Assembly (NCBI GenBank): GCA_003971905.1
Contig: RSEE01000038.1
Location: 372,001-436,000, forward strand
Length of the DNA stretch: 64,000 bases
Direction: 5' to 3'
Source of the DNA: Moniliella sp. 'wahieum'
Lineage: Eukaryota
The notes beneath the pieces were generated by a model, which was given only the letters and a program-made list of their open reading frames with translations, ran no database searches and was not told the DNA's origin. How positions within the stretch are numbered: position 1 is the stretch's first letter; the number at the start of each line of letters is the position of its first letter. Both the position numbers and the translations under genes were made by a program. Of the stretch, positions 12,261 to 22,601 are shown in pieces.

Positions 12261-12414
12261 CATCCGTCCTAGGACCGCGCGGACCCTGAGTCACGTGAGT
12301 CAGCTTTCATTCCTTCCGAGCTCGCACCAGTCTTCTGGACGAGTCAGTCGCAGAAGCTTCTTAGTCCAATACGACGTTCAGTGCTCACATTCTGTGGTAG
12401 TAGCGAGGCCGACA
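12255..12414 (+). repeat. 3' LTR (160 bp)
   Basis: Direct repeat of 7376-7534; pol stop codon lies in its first bases (TGTTGA). Confidence 0.97.
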
Positions 12415-13240
12415 CTTGAAGCTTGAAGTTTTGGAAGCGTCAGCTGCATCAGAGTGCGCAGCCGACCTCAGCCTGAGGCCCGAGGGCCTGACGCTAGCAT
12501 GAAGCGGGTTGTAACATGTAACTGTCGATATAGCTGACCCCCAAAGCATCCACAACTCGCCCAACGAATGTCAACTTAATTGCGTCCCAAGCTGGTTTTA
12601 TCGTCAACGTCCAACGAAGTCCCTGCTCCATGTGGTTGCTGAGGGTCGGCACATGCCACCAGCCACATCTCAAATGCGCACAGATCCCGTGACACCAGCT
12701 TCTTTCTCTCACCACATTGAATTAACACCACACAAACCACAAACCTATAGTAGGTGGACGTGGAGCTCGCGTGTGGAGATATGAGAGTACTAGAGGACCA
12801 CCCGGGCCTACGGCCCGGTATGCGTACTCCAGATGCTTTTAAATTGGATCAATGAAAAAAAGATGTGGGAAACAACAGTAGGAGAGTGGTGGAGTGCAAC
12901 GTTTGAGATCACTCGACGGAGAGGATCGTACGAGGTCAGCTGCGAAGTAGCCTTCAAAACAAGGTGTTGAGGCAAGGGAGAGGGTGCGGCAACCCTTTCT
13001 GACGGGAAGGAGACAGAAGAGAGAGGCAGGAGATGGAGCGAGTAAGAGGTAGAGGGTGTACATCAGCCTGCTGTACATCAGCCTGCGACCAGACTGTTAT
13101 GCGAACATCAACAACCAACTTGAGAACTGTGCAGGGAAACCACAGCACTACCCTCTCACAGAGTGGTACTTCTCGTAGACGAAAAATGGAAAGAAAACAG
13201 AGGGGAGAAAATAGATGAAAAGACTATCAAACTTCAAGCT

Positions 13241-14147
13241 TCAAGCTTGAGGTAGGACGGCTGAAGCGGCCGAGAGAATCTGACTGGGGGAAGGCGCCGA
13301 AACCGAGATCTTGGGCATGATCTCTTCCTCGACCGAGGCGACAACCGAAGGGGCAGGAAGCTTGCCCAGCTGAGAAGACAAGACATCCGCGACGGACGAA
13401 GCGGCCTGGGTAGGAGCAGCAGCAGCTTCGGTTCCCAACGAAGAGATGCCTTCTGCCACACTGGAAAGCACCTGGGTGGGCAGAGAGAAATCCCCGCTCG
13501 CGGAGAAGGAGAAGGACGCCTTCAAGTCCCGCTTGGCCAGACTCAGTGACGGAAGGGGGAACTTGGAAGCAACATCTGACGGAAGGGAAGTGATGGCCCG
13601 CTGAACAATGGATGTAACCTGGGCAGGGGAAGCGTTCTGCCCTGACTGGCTCACAACGTGTTGAACAGACGATATGATCTCGCCCGGCTGAGGAGCAATT
13701 CCCTCAAAGTTACTCAGTGTCTTCTGCAGTGCAGAAGAGATATCATCAAGAGAGGGTGACTTGGGCAGCTGCTGCTGAATCTGCGACGTTAATTGCGAGA
13801 TGGAAGGGAAGCTGGCACTGACGCTTCCTCCGGCTTGGAATCCATCACGCGCAAGAGGAGGGGATGGCACTTGTACCCCAATCTTGCTCCCATGCCGACG
13901 GTGGAGCGGCTGGCCCACACCATGGAACCGATTGTGGCGAGGAAGAACGGTGGTGGCGGCAGCCACGGCCGAGCTCGCCCCCTGGGCGGCTGCCAGAAGC
14001 GGATCTTCCTCCAGCTGGGCCTCTGTTGTTTGAACCAATATCAGCTTCTTGATTCTCGTTTGGGTTGATCAAGAATAAGAGGCGTTTGAACGTACTCGCG
14101 GCCAACGCGATGGCAAGAAGACACAAAGAAAGTGAGGTGAAACGCAT
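13241..14147 (-). CDS. Secreted Ser/Ala/Pro-rich protein of unknown function, with possible Kex2 sites; frameshifted
   Basis: Signal-like MRFTSLSLCLLAIALAAS at 14147 joins by one frameshift to the 265-aa ORF 13241-14038, which contains LHRR, LAR and LAKR motifs. Confidence 0.55.
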
Positions 14148-15677
14148 CGCGGAAGGGACACTGGATTGAGATGTTTTACTGCAGTGTGTGGTGGGGAGGA
14201 GCAAAGGGAAATTTAGTTAGCGTACTAAATGCTTGTGGGTACAGCCTGCGGTTACTTATATGATTGTACGCTCTCCCTGGGATGGCGAAGGCGACACTGT
14301 GGGTATGAAAACTGTGGGCGCCGATCATCTCGATCATCTCACTGTCAAAGGACGCAAAACGACCTACCCAACAGAACACTGCATCTCCAACATGAATCTG
14401 CAGCCCTCATAACGCGCAACGCATATATGTATCCGCCTATGTACCATTCTGGGTGGAAAGGTGAAATGCAGATTTTTGATCAACGTCCCTGACTATCTGT
14501 CACACCACATCCTGTGTTGGATGTCGCTCCTACTCTCGATCGGAATTGCACATAAATGCATATTCTTCTTTAGTAGTTATCGTTACACAAACCCACCCCC
14601 CTTTTGGACTAAAAGCAGGGGTGAGCTCACAGGCTTTTACCCGAGAGAGTTATTACTGAGGCCCTGTTTCCACAGAGGCAAGGAGCGAGTGGTAAATGCA
14701 CTGCCGCAACGACGATCCTGTTCCCCGCCCGGCCGTGTCGATCGGTACAGTACAGCAAGTGGACTAAGGCGTAACAGCAACTGTAACTGCATCTTGGCAG
14801 TACTTAGTAGGCAGCAATAAAACGCCACGGCGGATTGTGATATTTTTGTCTGCGGCCCAGTGCTCCTGTGGTATTGTGGCCTCGCTCGCGCTCACTCGCG
14901 GGTGCTCGCTCTTGCTCGCGCTCTCATCAATTCTTAGCTGACGTGCAAACATCACTGCATCACGTAGGCCCTCAGGTGGTCCTTGACCTGGAGGGCTCAG
15001 GGTCGGAAGAACCTCTACTACTATTATCCGCAGGCTTACAATCCTTTCGAAAAATGATCCCCCCACACTCTGCCAGCCGTTGGCTATCCACCCCCGCGTA
15101 CCTCAGTATATTTGGCCGGTTCTCGATGATTCATTGCACCGTCGTCTTCTTCGCCACTTTCACAGTCTGTTCCTTGCGTTCCATGAAGGCTAGCGAAATA
15201 ACAGCCACGAGCCTCATCCGTACAGAACATCATTTAACCTGTGTGGATGGTGAAGCTGTTGGTATAGGACAGTAGCGTATGTTGTAGGTGATCGATTGCA
15301 GGCGAGGGAAGAGAGACGTTTTGGTGATAATAAGCACTGGGATGGAGAGCCATAAAAAGAGGAAAGGCTATACCAGTGGTTGGCTTATGCTGCGGCCACG
15401 CGCATCTCACAACAGCCTTCGGAGTCCACGGAGTCTTATAGATGGTAGTGAGGCCGAGGCACTGAGGGCTGGAGCCCTGAGGCTGGAATGGCTGCGAGAC
15501 TGGTGAAGGGCGAAGCTTCCGGCGCTAGTCAATAGTCCGAACCGTCGCAATAAATTACCGCTTAGCGTTCTTCGCCGGTGTGAAGGATGCGTAATATGCT
15601 CATCCAGAGCTGGAGAGAATCATCGCCATTAATTATTGCTGTCGAGCACCATGGCCTCAAGAGAGGGTATGTTTAGT

Positions 15678-17524
15678 TTAGAAGACAGATCGCCCGGACG
15701 TCCCGGCTTCCGGTGGATCAACCTCTAGTACTGCGGAGTGGATCAGATTGACCGCTTTGAGCGCACTCCTGCGGTGGATGGCCGTTGAGATTGAGATCTC
15801 GGAAGCACCTTGGGAGATGAGCTCAATGTTAATGTTGCCTTCGGCGAGGGTGGTGAACATCTTGCCTGCCACACCGATGGCGCTCCGCATCTCCTTGCCA
15901 ACAAGGGATACGATTGCCATGTCCCGGATCACCGACATTCCCAATCGGGGAAAGATCGGCCTTGACCCGGTTAAGGTGGCGCGTCGTGCCCGAGATAGCC
16001 ATGGAGACGTGAACTTCTGAGGTGGCAATCAGGTCGACCACGACGCCGTACCGATTGAGAACCGAAAAAAATGCGGGCGAAAAAGTCGTGCGAGATGGTT
16101 TTACGGTTAGAGTGCACGTTGAGGACCACAACATCATCCTTGATCGTAACGGCCGTAGGGAGTTTGCGCTTGTTTTCCTTGGGAGGAGGGGGGGGTAAAC
16201 GGTGATGTGGGGGTAACGGCACCACTGGCCAATGGTGTAGCAGGCTGCGTTACGTGGCCATCCACACCATGGTCCTGCGACGGAGTGGGCACAATCACCG
16301 TCCCTTGTCCCTTGGGGTTTTCCACATTCTTGATGCGGATCGGGATGGCCTCTCGGATGGCCTGCTCCATGGTGAAGGGATGGATGACCTCCGATCCGTA
16401 GTAAGTCAACTCGGCTGCCTCTTCGGGCGAAATGGCGGGGATAAGACGAGCTGAGGGCACCTTCCTTGGGTCTGCGGTAAATACACCGTCGACCTCTTTC
16501 CAGATCTGAAGCTCCTCGGCCCCCACACCCACAGCGCACAAAGCCGCACAAAGATCGGTATACCCTCTGCCCACTTGGGCTAGAATTGAGCCTGGAACAT
16601 TGCCAAAGTACCCTGTCACAACAGGAACATGGCCCGGTGGCACCTCCCGCAGCAGCTCACCCAACCGCGCAGAGAGGCGGGAGTAAAAACGTGTGATCCA
16701 AGAACACCTCGCCGCCCGCCGCCTCAATTTTGCTGGCCAAGCCCGACTCTCTCCATGAAATGGTGGTCAATCACGTTCTCCAGCGTGATGAGCGTCGAGG
16801 GAACACCGCTGTCTTGCAACGCATATGAAACGATGCGACAGGACAGCCGCTCGCCCAAGCCCATGATCACATCCTTGGTCCGGGGCGAAATCTCCTCAAT
16901 GATCTACCGCGCTCGTCAGCTCGTGTCCCAAACAGAAATAAGACCGTCAATGACAGAACAAGTGAAAAAAACATACACGGGCAGCAAGTAAAAAGTCACG
17001 CAGACGCGAGCAATCCTCCGTAAGGTCCTGCTCGAGCTGCGCGAGCAGCTCTGGGTTCTTTACGTTGGCCCTGCAGATTCAAGATGATCCTCAAGGATCC
17101 GGTCGACCGTGGCCTGGTATGCAGGCACGTTCACCGCGGGGGATGAGTCGCCCCTAGAAGGGGAGGGGGAGGGGGAGGCATTAGCTAGATGTGACAGGCG
17201 CGTTTCCAGCCCACGCGCCGAAGGTCGGCGTGCCGGTGTAGAGGGAACAGATCCGAGCGAGGCAAACGAGGCCGAAAGCGAGGGGGGGTCGTTGTCTTCT
17301 TCTTCCAGGGCCTCGCGAGCAGCTTGGAGAAGCAAGTTAGTCGTCCCGAGTGCCTTGGTCTTGCCCGAGCGAGCTGAGCAGACCACGGCCACACGGTGTG
17401 AAGCACGGTAAGACGGCACGATGTCCCTAACGATCGTGGGGAGGAATTTGCCAACACTTGTTCCTCCGTACTTCTGCACGATCCAGGATGAGGGTGGATT
17501 TGTGGCAAGGGGTGATGAGGGCAT
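15678..17524 (-). CDS. HOM3: Aspartate kinase with C-terminal ACT domains; one intron (about 16903-16976); frameshifted
   Basis: WIVQKYGGTSVGKF, VVCSARSG, GERLSC, GRGYTDLCAAL, IWKEVDGVFTADPRKVP, ELTYYGSEVIHP, ISQGASEISIS. Confidence 0.95.
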
Positions 17525-17768
17525 GGTGGTGGTGGGTTCAGGCAAAGAGGTTGGGATCTGGAGCTCCGAGGAGACGCAAGTTGTCCTCACAACCTTGCAG
17601 GCTAAGCGCTCTAAGTCCGCATCGGAGAAGTTCGTGGAGCGGAAAAAAGTCTGGCGATTCGCAGCTAACCCTAGCACCTCAAACTGTGCTTTATCCAAGG
17701 GTGGCGTTATAACTCCCGAGTCGTGTCGTGCAGAATTGCATACAGCCGACCCACATTTGGGTCTGGCC

Positions 17769-17780
17769 GGTGACGTCACC
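17769..17780. promoter_or_regulatory. Palindromic CRE/ATF-type bZIP site GGTGACGTCACC upstream of aspartate kinase
   Basis: Perfect 12-bp palindrome containing TGACGTCA, about 245 bp upstream of the ATG and upstream of a GTTATAAC TATA-like element near 17706. Confidence 0.4.
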
Positions 17781-19214
17781 AGTGAAGCGTAAAGCTTGAA
17801 GCTCGAAGAGCTTGACTTCAACATTCGGGCATTTGCTACGCCGACCGGCTGCGTCTCTCCACTGTGTAGGGCGCAGAGTAGGACGTCGGACGCCACACAC
17901 GCGTGGGTATTGCATTACAATGACGGTAAAGATACTTGCGCTGGGCGAAGATCGGACTAGTAGAGCACAAGGCGGCCCAGCAGGAACACAAGGCTAGTCA
18001 GGACCAAGCGCAAAAGGGGGCAAATATAATCCGCAACATGGAGCGACGAAAACCGATATCCTTCGTCGGCGGGCGCGAAACCAAATAGACCTCCCCATTT
18101 GGACGTGAGATAAACTCATCCAACCAACCCGCATCCTGCTTACGCAACCGCTGCTTCGCTGGCTTCCGTTCTCATTTGCTCTTCCTTGGGATCCGAGGCG
18201 AGGTCAGTGGGAGCGATGCGATAGTAGGTGAGGTTTTTTCTCCGACACGGCCAACAATGACGAAGGCGGATCCACTACTGGGGCTTTTTTAGTGGGGAGA
18301 GGGGGGAAGCAGCGGGGTGAAACAGGTTCGGGCGTCCAAGAACCATCACTCGTGTCGAGGTTAGCAGCGAGTGTGAGCAGGTGGACATGGTGTGCTGCAG
18401 CTCTGCGAGGCCCGAATCAAGCAGGAAAATGAGTTTAGTGACCGCCAGGAGGGCCACAATTCCTGCAAGTATACATGCCTTTTCCCACCCCCCTTTGCTT
18501 GGGGGCAGGAATGACTGGCTCGATGATCGTGTTCAGTTTGTGAGGCGGGTGGCAGCAGACAGGGTGAGGAGACGGTGGGTCTGACTAATAGCGCATGCGT
18601 CGAGTTCGATGCGCAGGTATAGGGCCACGTCGGCACAGGACGAATTAAAGTGAACGTGGATCGCAAGTTTGCTAATGCCCCAGCCGCCGCTCTGCTTCGG
18701 GGGATGGAGCAGCCGCTGCGCATTCACTGGTCGCCATGGGTGGTGGTGGTGTTGGTGGATTGACGTTGGGGTGGCCCCGCATCTGGCCGACGCGTCCTTT
18801 AAGTACACCAAACGCGTCGGGTGTTCCACCTGCTTCATTAATCATTCCGCGTGTGTGCTACGTACTACGTACGGAGAGAAGTACGTAGCTGCGCTCCTAC
18901 ACTTGCTGGCGTACAAGGAGTGAAATTGAGCTGCTTCAACATATCAGCTCAAATTCAATGCTCAAAGGAAGACACAACTCACGTATATCATTCCCTTTCT
19001 ACAGGCACAAACGCACGCAAGCAAGCCAGCAGCAACGGTAAGAGCGGCGATCTGAGAAATCGTATCGGATTACAAAAGATGAATGCAAAGTGGGTAACCA
19101 TAGTGGTAAGAGAGCAAGCGCCTCGCCGCAGGCGAAGGGAATAGGAAGAGGATGAAGTCAAGAGGCAAGAATAGCACGAGGGGAGTAGGCATGAGGCGCA
19201 CTGCATCAGAGTCA

Positions 19215-22200
19215 TTAAACGAACGTGGACCGACAGACCGAAGTCACAGTTGCATCTCCCTCTGTTTCAGATCGCTCAGAGCGTTCCGACTTGAGAGAGC
19301 ACAGGGACCGTTGGGATCGCTCCCCGTCCGGGGGGGGAGACAGGCGCGGTCCTTCGAGCTGGCACCCTCGCTCTCCATGGGCAGGAGAAAGTCGTGTATT
19401 GGGAGTGGCCCCCATTCATTCCCAATGTCGGGTACGTCAACGGCAGGGGCAGGAGGTAGAGGGGGGAGAGGGTCAAAGACGTTGTGAAAGCAGGCCTGGC
19501 ACGCGCGTGCAGGCATGTGTCCTCCCCCCATTTCAAGAGGAATGAGGAAGCGTGCGCTGGAACAGGGCGAGCATACAATTTGTCCACACAGGCGGCAATG
19601 GTGTTTCCTTCGGAACAGAGTGAAAGGTTCTTGGCAACGGGAACAGAGGGGTGCAATGATTATCGGGGATCCAGATGGGGGCATTGTACTCTTCGAGAAT
19701 GGGAAGAGTCTGTTGCTCCTCCTCCACCTCAAACTGAGAAGGAGGGGAGGAAGGTATTTGTTCAGCATCCATGAGTGTAGGTGCTGGTGCGGGTGCGACC
19801 TGCCCTGATGGGGGAGTAAGAAGCGAATGTCTCCTTGCCCGTAATGCTTCGATTGAAGAGACTGATGCATGTTTTCTGTGCACGACTGCTTCTTCGCTTT
19901 CATTTAGGGTCCGGCGGGAAGTGAGATAGTCTTGTTTGGCGTCACGGATGGAGGAGATCCAGCGCTCCTTGCTGGCCTCATCCGCGGCATAGAGGACGAA
20001 ACTTCGGGGGGGGTACGGATCTCGAATGCATGCCTCACTCCCACAAGGTCTGACACTCGATGACGACCCATGACGGGGAAAGGGAAAAGAACTCGATGTC
20101 TTGGGGAAAGAGTTGGGGAAAGAGTCATGCCCATGTCTCCGGGCCAGTAGTGCCATAGGGTCATTATTGACCACCATAATGTCCCGAAGGTCAAATGCAG
20201 CCCGAAAAACAAGTGAATGGGGTGCCAGCTCCACCCTGCGCTCATTCTTGTTCTCGGAGGCCAGGGAGGATAGTGGTGTTTCTAGCCCTGGCACTTCATA
20301 CGAGGAAGTAGCATTCGTCGAGGGGGCAGTCCAGACCACCCCAAATTCGTCAGGAAACGCCTGGGGTTCTGACTCAAAAGAAGGCACAGGAAGCAAGTAC
20401 TGAGCCAACCGAGACCATGCCGGGTTCTTCTTTTGAGTCTCGACGGGGGGCCGCATACAAGAGACAATCGGAGAAGAAAAAAATGTTCGTTCCTGGACCG
20501 AACGGCGAGTGGACTTGCCCAGCACTCCTGAGCGAAGCAGGGTTCGACCCGGGGTGACCAACTGAAATGGCGGGTTATGCAGCGCGCGTTGCACGGCGAG
20601 CAACACAAGAGACGCCTCATGCTGCCGAACACTCTCATTGATTCCCGTCGCGACAGATACGATGACTTTCAGTGCAGCTTGGAGGTGATAGAAGTCTGGT
20701 AGGTTCAGAGGCGTAGACTTCACCAGCTCCTCCACAAGCAGCTTATACCGTGGAATGCGCTGCACAATAGACAAAAGGAACGACTGGAGACCCAAGCCAA
20801 GGATGGAGGAGGCAGGTTGAGAGGTAGAAGTGTGTTGAACTTGATGGGCATGAGCAAGCTTCTCTGCGTCACGGAGAAAATTGGCGAAAGCCGAAGAGAC
20901 ACGACGTTCATGTTCAATCCTCTCCAGGGCAGCGGAAAAATTCTTGACATAAAAAAGGTACAACTTGAGGTAGGGCGCAATGGAAACGAGAATGTCCCCT
21001 ACCTCGTCATGCGCTGGGTCCCATGGTGGTTTGCTCTTGGGGCTTAACCGTTGTTCAAGAAGAGCAAGGAGCTCAGCATTGAGGTGCAAAATCTGCGAAA
21101 AGTTGGAGAACATCTCGTTCAGTGCAGGGCGCGTGAGAGCGGGGGGGGTGGGGCGCGATCCAGTGCCCGACGGTTTTTCTCCCTTGTGTTCCCGCGGAGC
21201 CAATAGGGGAAAGGCAAACTTCCCCGAGTCGGAGGTCAGGATGCTGAGAGAATTATGGCTCTCATGACCTCCTCGGCGCCTAGCAGCATCATACAAGGGT
21301 TTGTAAAAACTTTGTCAAATCAGTCAGTATAACCTTGCCTTCAGTAGGGAGTAAAGACTTACCTCCTGAATCAGATTGAGCCCATCAACGTAGCGTCTCT
21401 CACTTTCGAGTAGCTCAAGCGCGATGCGCTGTCGTTGCTGCATACGTTTATCTTCGGCCTTGGTCATTCGCTGCGGCGGTGCCGTAGGGTCTTCTCCCGA
21501 GGGGACGCATCCAGGGAGGCATCGCGGTGCGGGGGGACGAGGGTGCCTCTCGATGGAGGGTAGGCGAGGAGCATGGATGAGAAGATGACCAATCCGACTG
21601 CCCAGCGCCAGACTCCACACTGGTGGAGGACAGGACTGAGTGCCGGTTCTCCCTACCGCCCAAAGCAGGGGCAAGGGGCTTGGTGGAAGCGGTGAGGCAA
21701 ACGGGGAAGAAGAAGACAGGGAGAGATCCAGCACTGGAACGAGACGTTGATGTAGATACGCTGGTGCTTCCCTTGGCCCATAATGGGATACGAGAATCGA
21801 CGGAGTCAGACTTGAGCATGGCCACCCCTTCCATCTCCGGGAGGGAACGAGTCGGGGGGTTGATACAAATGGTGGCCCTTTTGGAGGCATATCTCGCATG
21901 GGAAGATGGATGAAGTTTCCCTGGGACGGAGCCATAAGCAGAGGGTGGAGATGCCACAGACCAATTGCGGCCGGTCGCAATCGCGGAAGTAAGGGACGGT
22001 GTTGGAGCGATGGGGATCGGAGACTGGGGCGAGGGGGCAATCACGTTGAATGAACTGCTGGGTGTGAACCCACAGCTGTGAGAATGGCGGTGCATCTTTC
22101 GAGGAGTTGCACTGCGTGATGGAGAAGGAGAAGACAGGGACTCCCCAGGCAATCCGACGAGGGAAAGGGAGTGGGCCAGAGAGGGCTCGACAAGCCCAAT

Positions 22201-22601
22201 AAGACTGGTGCGGGGGGAGCGGAGCGCATATGAAGAGCTTGCGAAGCATGTCGGGCGCGAAAAGGGTTATCTGGGAGGAGAGGCGAGCTGGGTTGGTGCG
22301 GCACCACGATCGAGGGCGGGGGCATGGCGCTGGCATGCGAATGGGAGCGTGATGGGGAAAGTGCAGGGGAGGAGCGAGCAGACGGTACGGCGGTGGGAGG
22401 AAAGGGGAAGGTGCGCATAGCATCGGGGTTAGAGCGACTGCCGGACGGGGTGCTGCCGCTGCTCTCGGCCATAGCCGAGCTGGAAGCCATGTCGGCGACG
22501 GAGGGCGCGAGGGTGGGGCGTGTTGGCGACGACGAAGGGGGTGAGATGGGGGGGTTGGGCGGGGAGGACAGTGGCTGGGAGGGAACTGTCATGGCCAGCA
22601 T
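19215..22601 (-). CDS. DH-PH-FYVE Rho/Cdc42 GEF (FGD1/Don1-type architecture); intron near 21325-21363; frameshifted
   Basis: [84 protein letters not shown]...[29 protein letters not shown]...RACQAC. Confidence 0.88.

Larger units (their letters stand above)
7376..12414 (+). mobile_element. Full-length Ty1/copia LTR retrotransposon (about 5.0 kb) with 5-bp TSD CTTGA
   Basis: Two near-identical LTRs (TGT...ACA); TSD CTTGA at 7371-7375 and 12415-12419; domain order gag-PR-IN-RT-RH; purine tract AGCGGGGG before the 3' LTR. Confidence 0.97.

Noticed and set aside
12785..12829. GC hairpin CCGGGCC-TAC-GGCCCGG with flanking GAGTAC/GTACTC
   Set aside because: An isolated short hairpin with no ribozyme or ncRNA consensus.
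17665..17674. CTAACCCTAG resembling a telomerase RNA template
   Set aside because: Only a 9-nt match, in the HOM3 promoter/leader region, with no other supporting structure; expected by chance.
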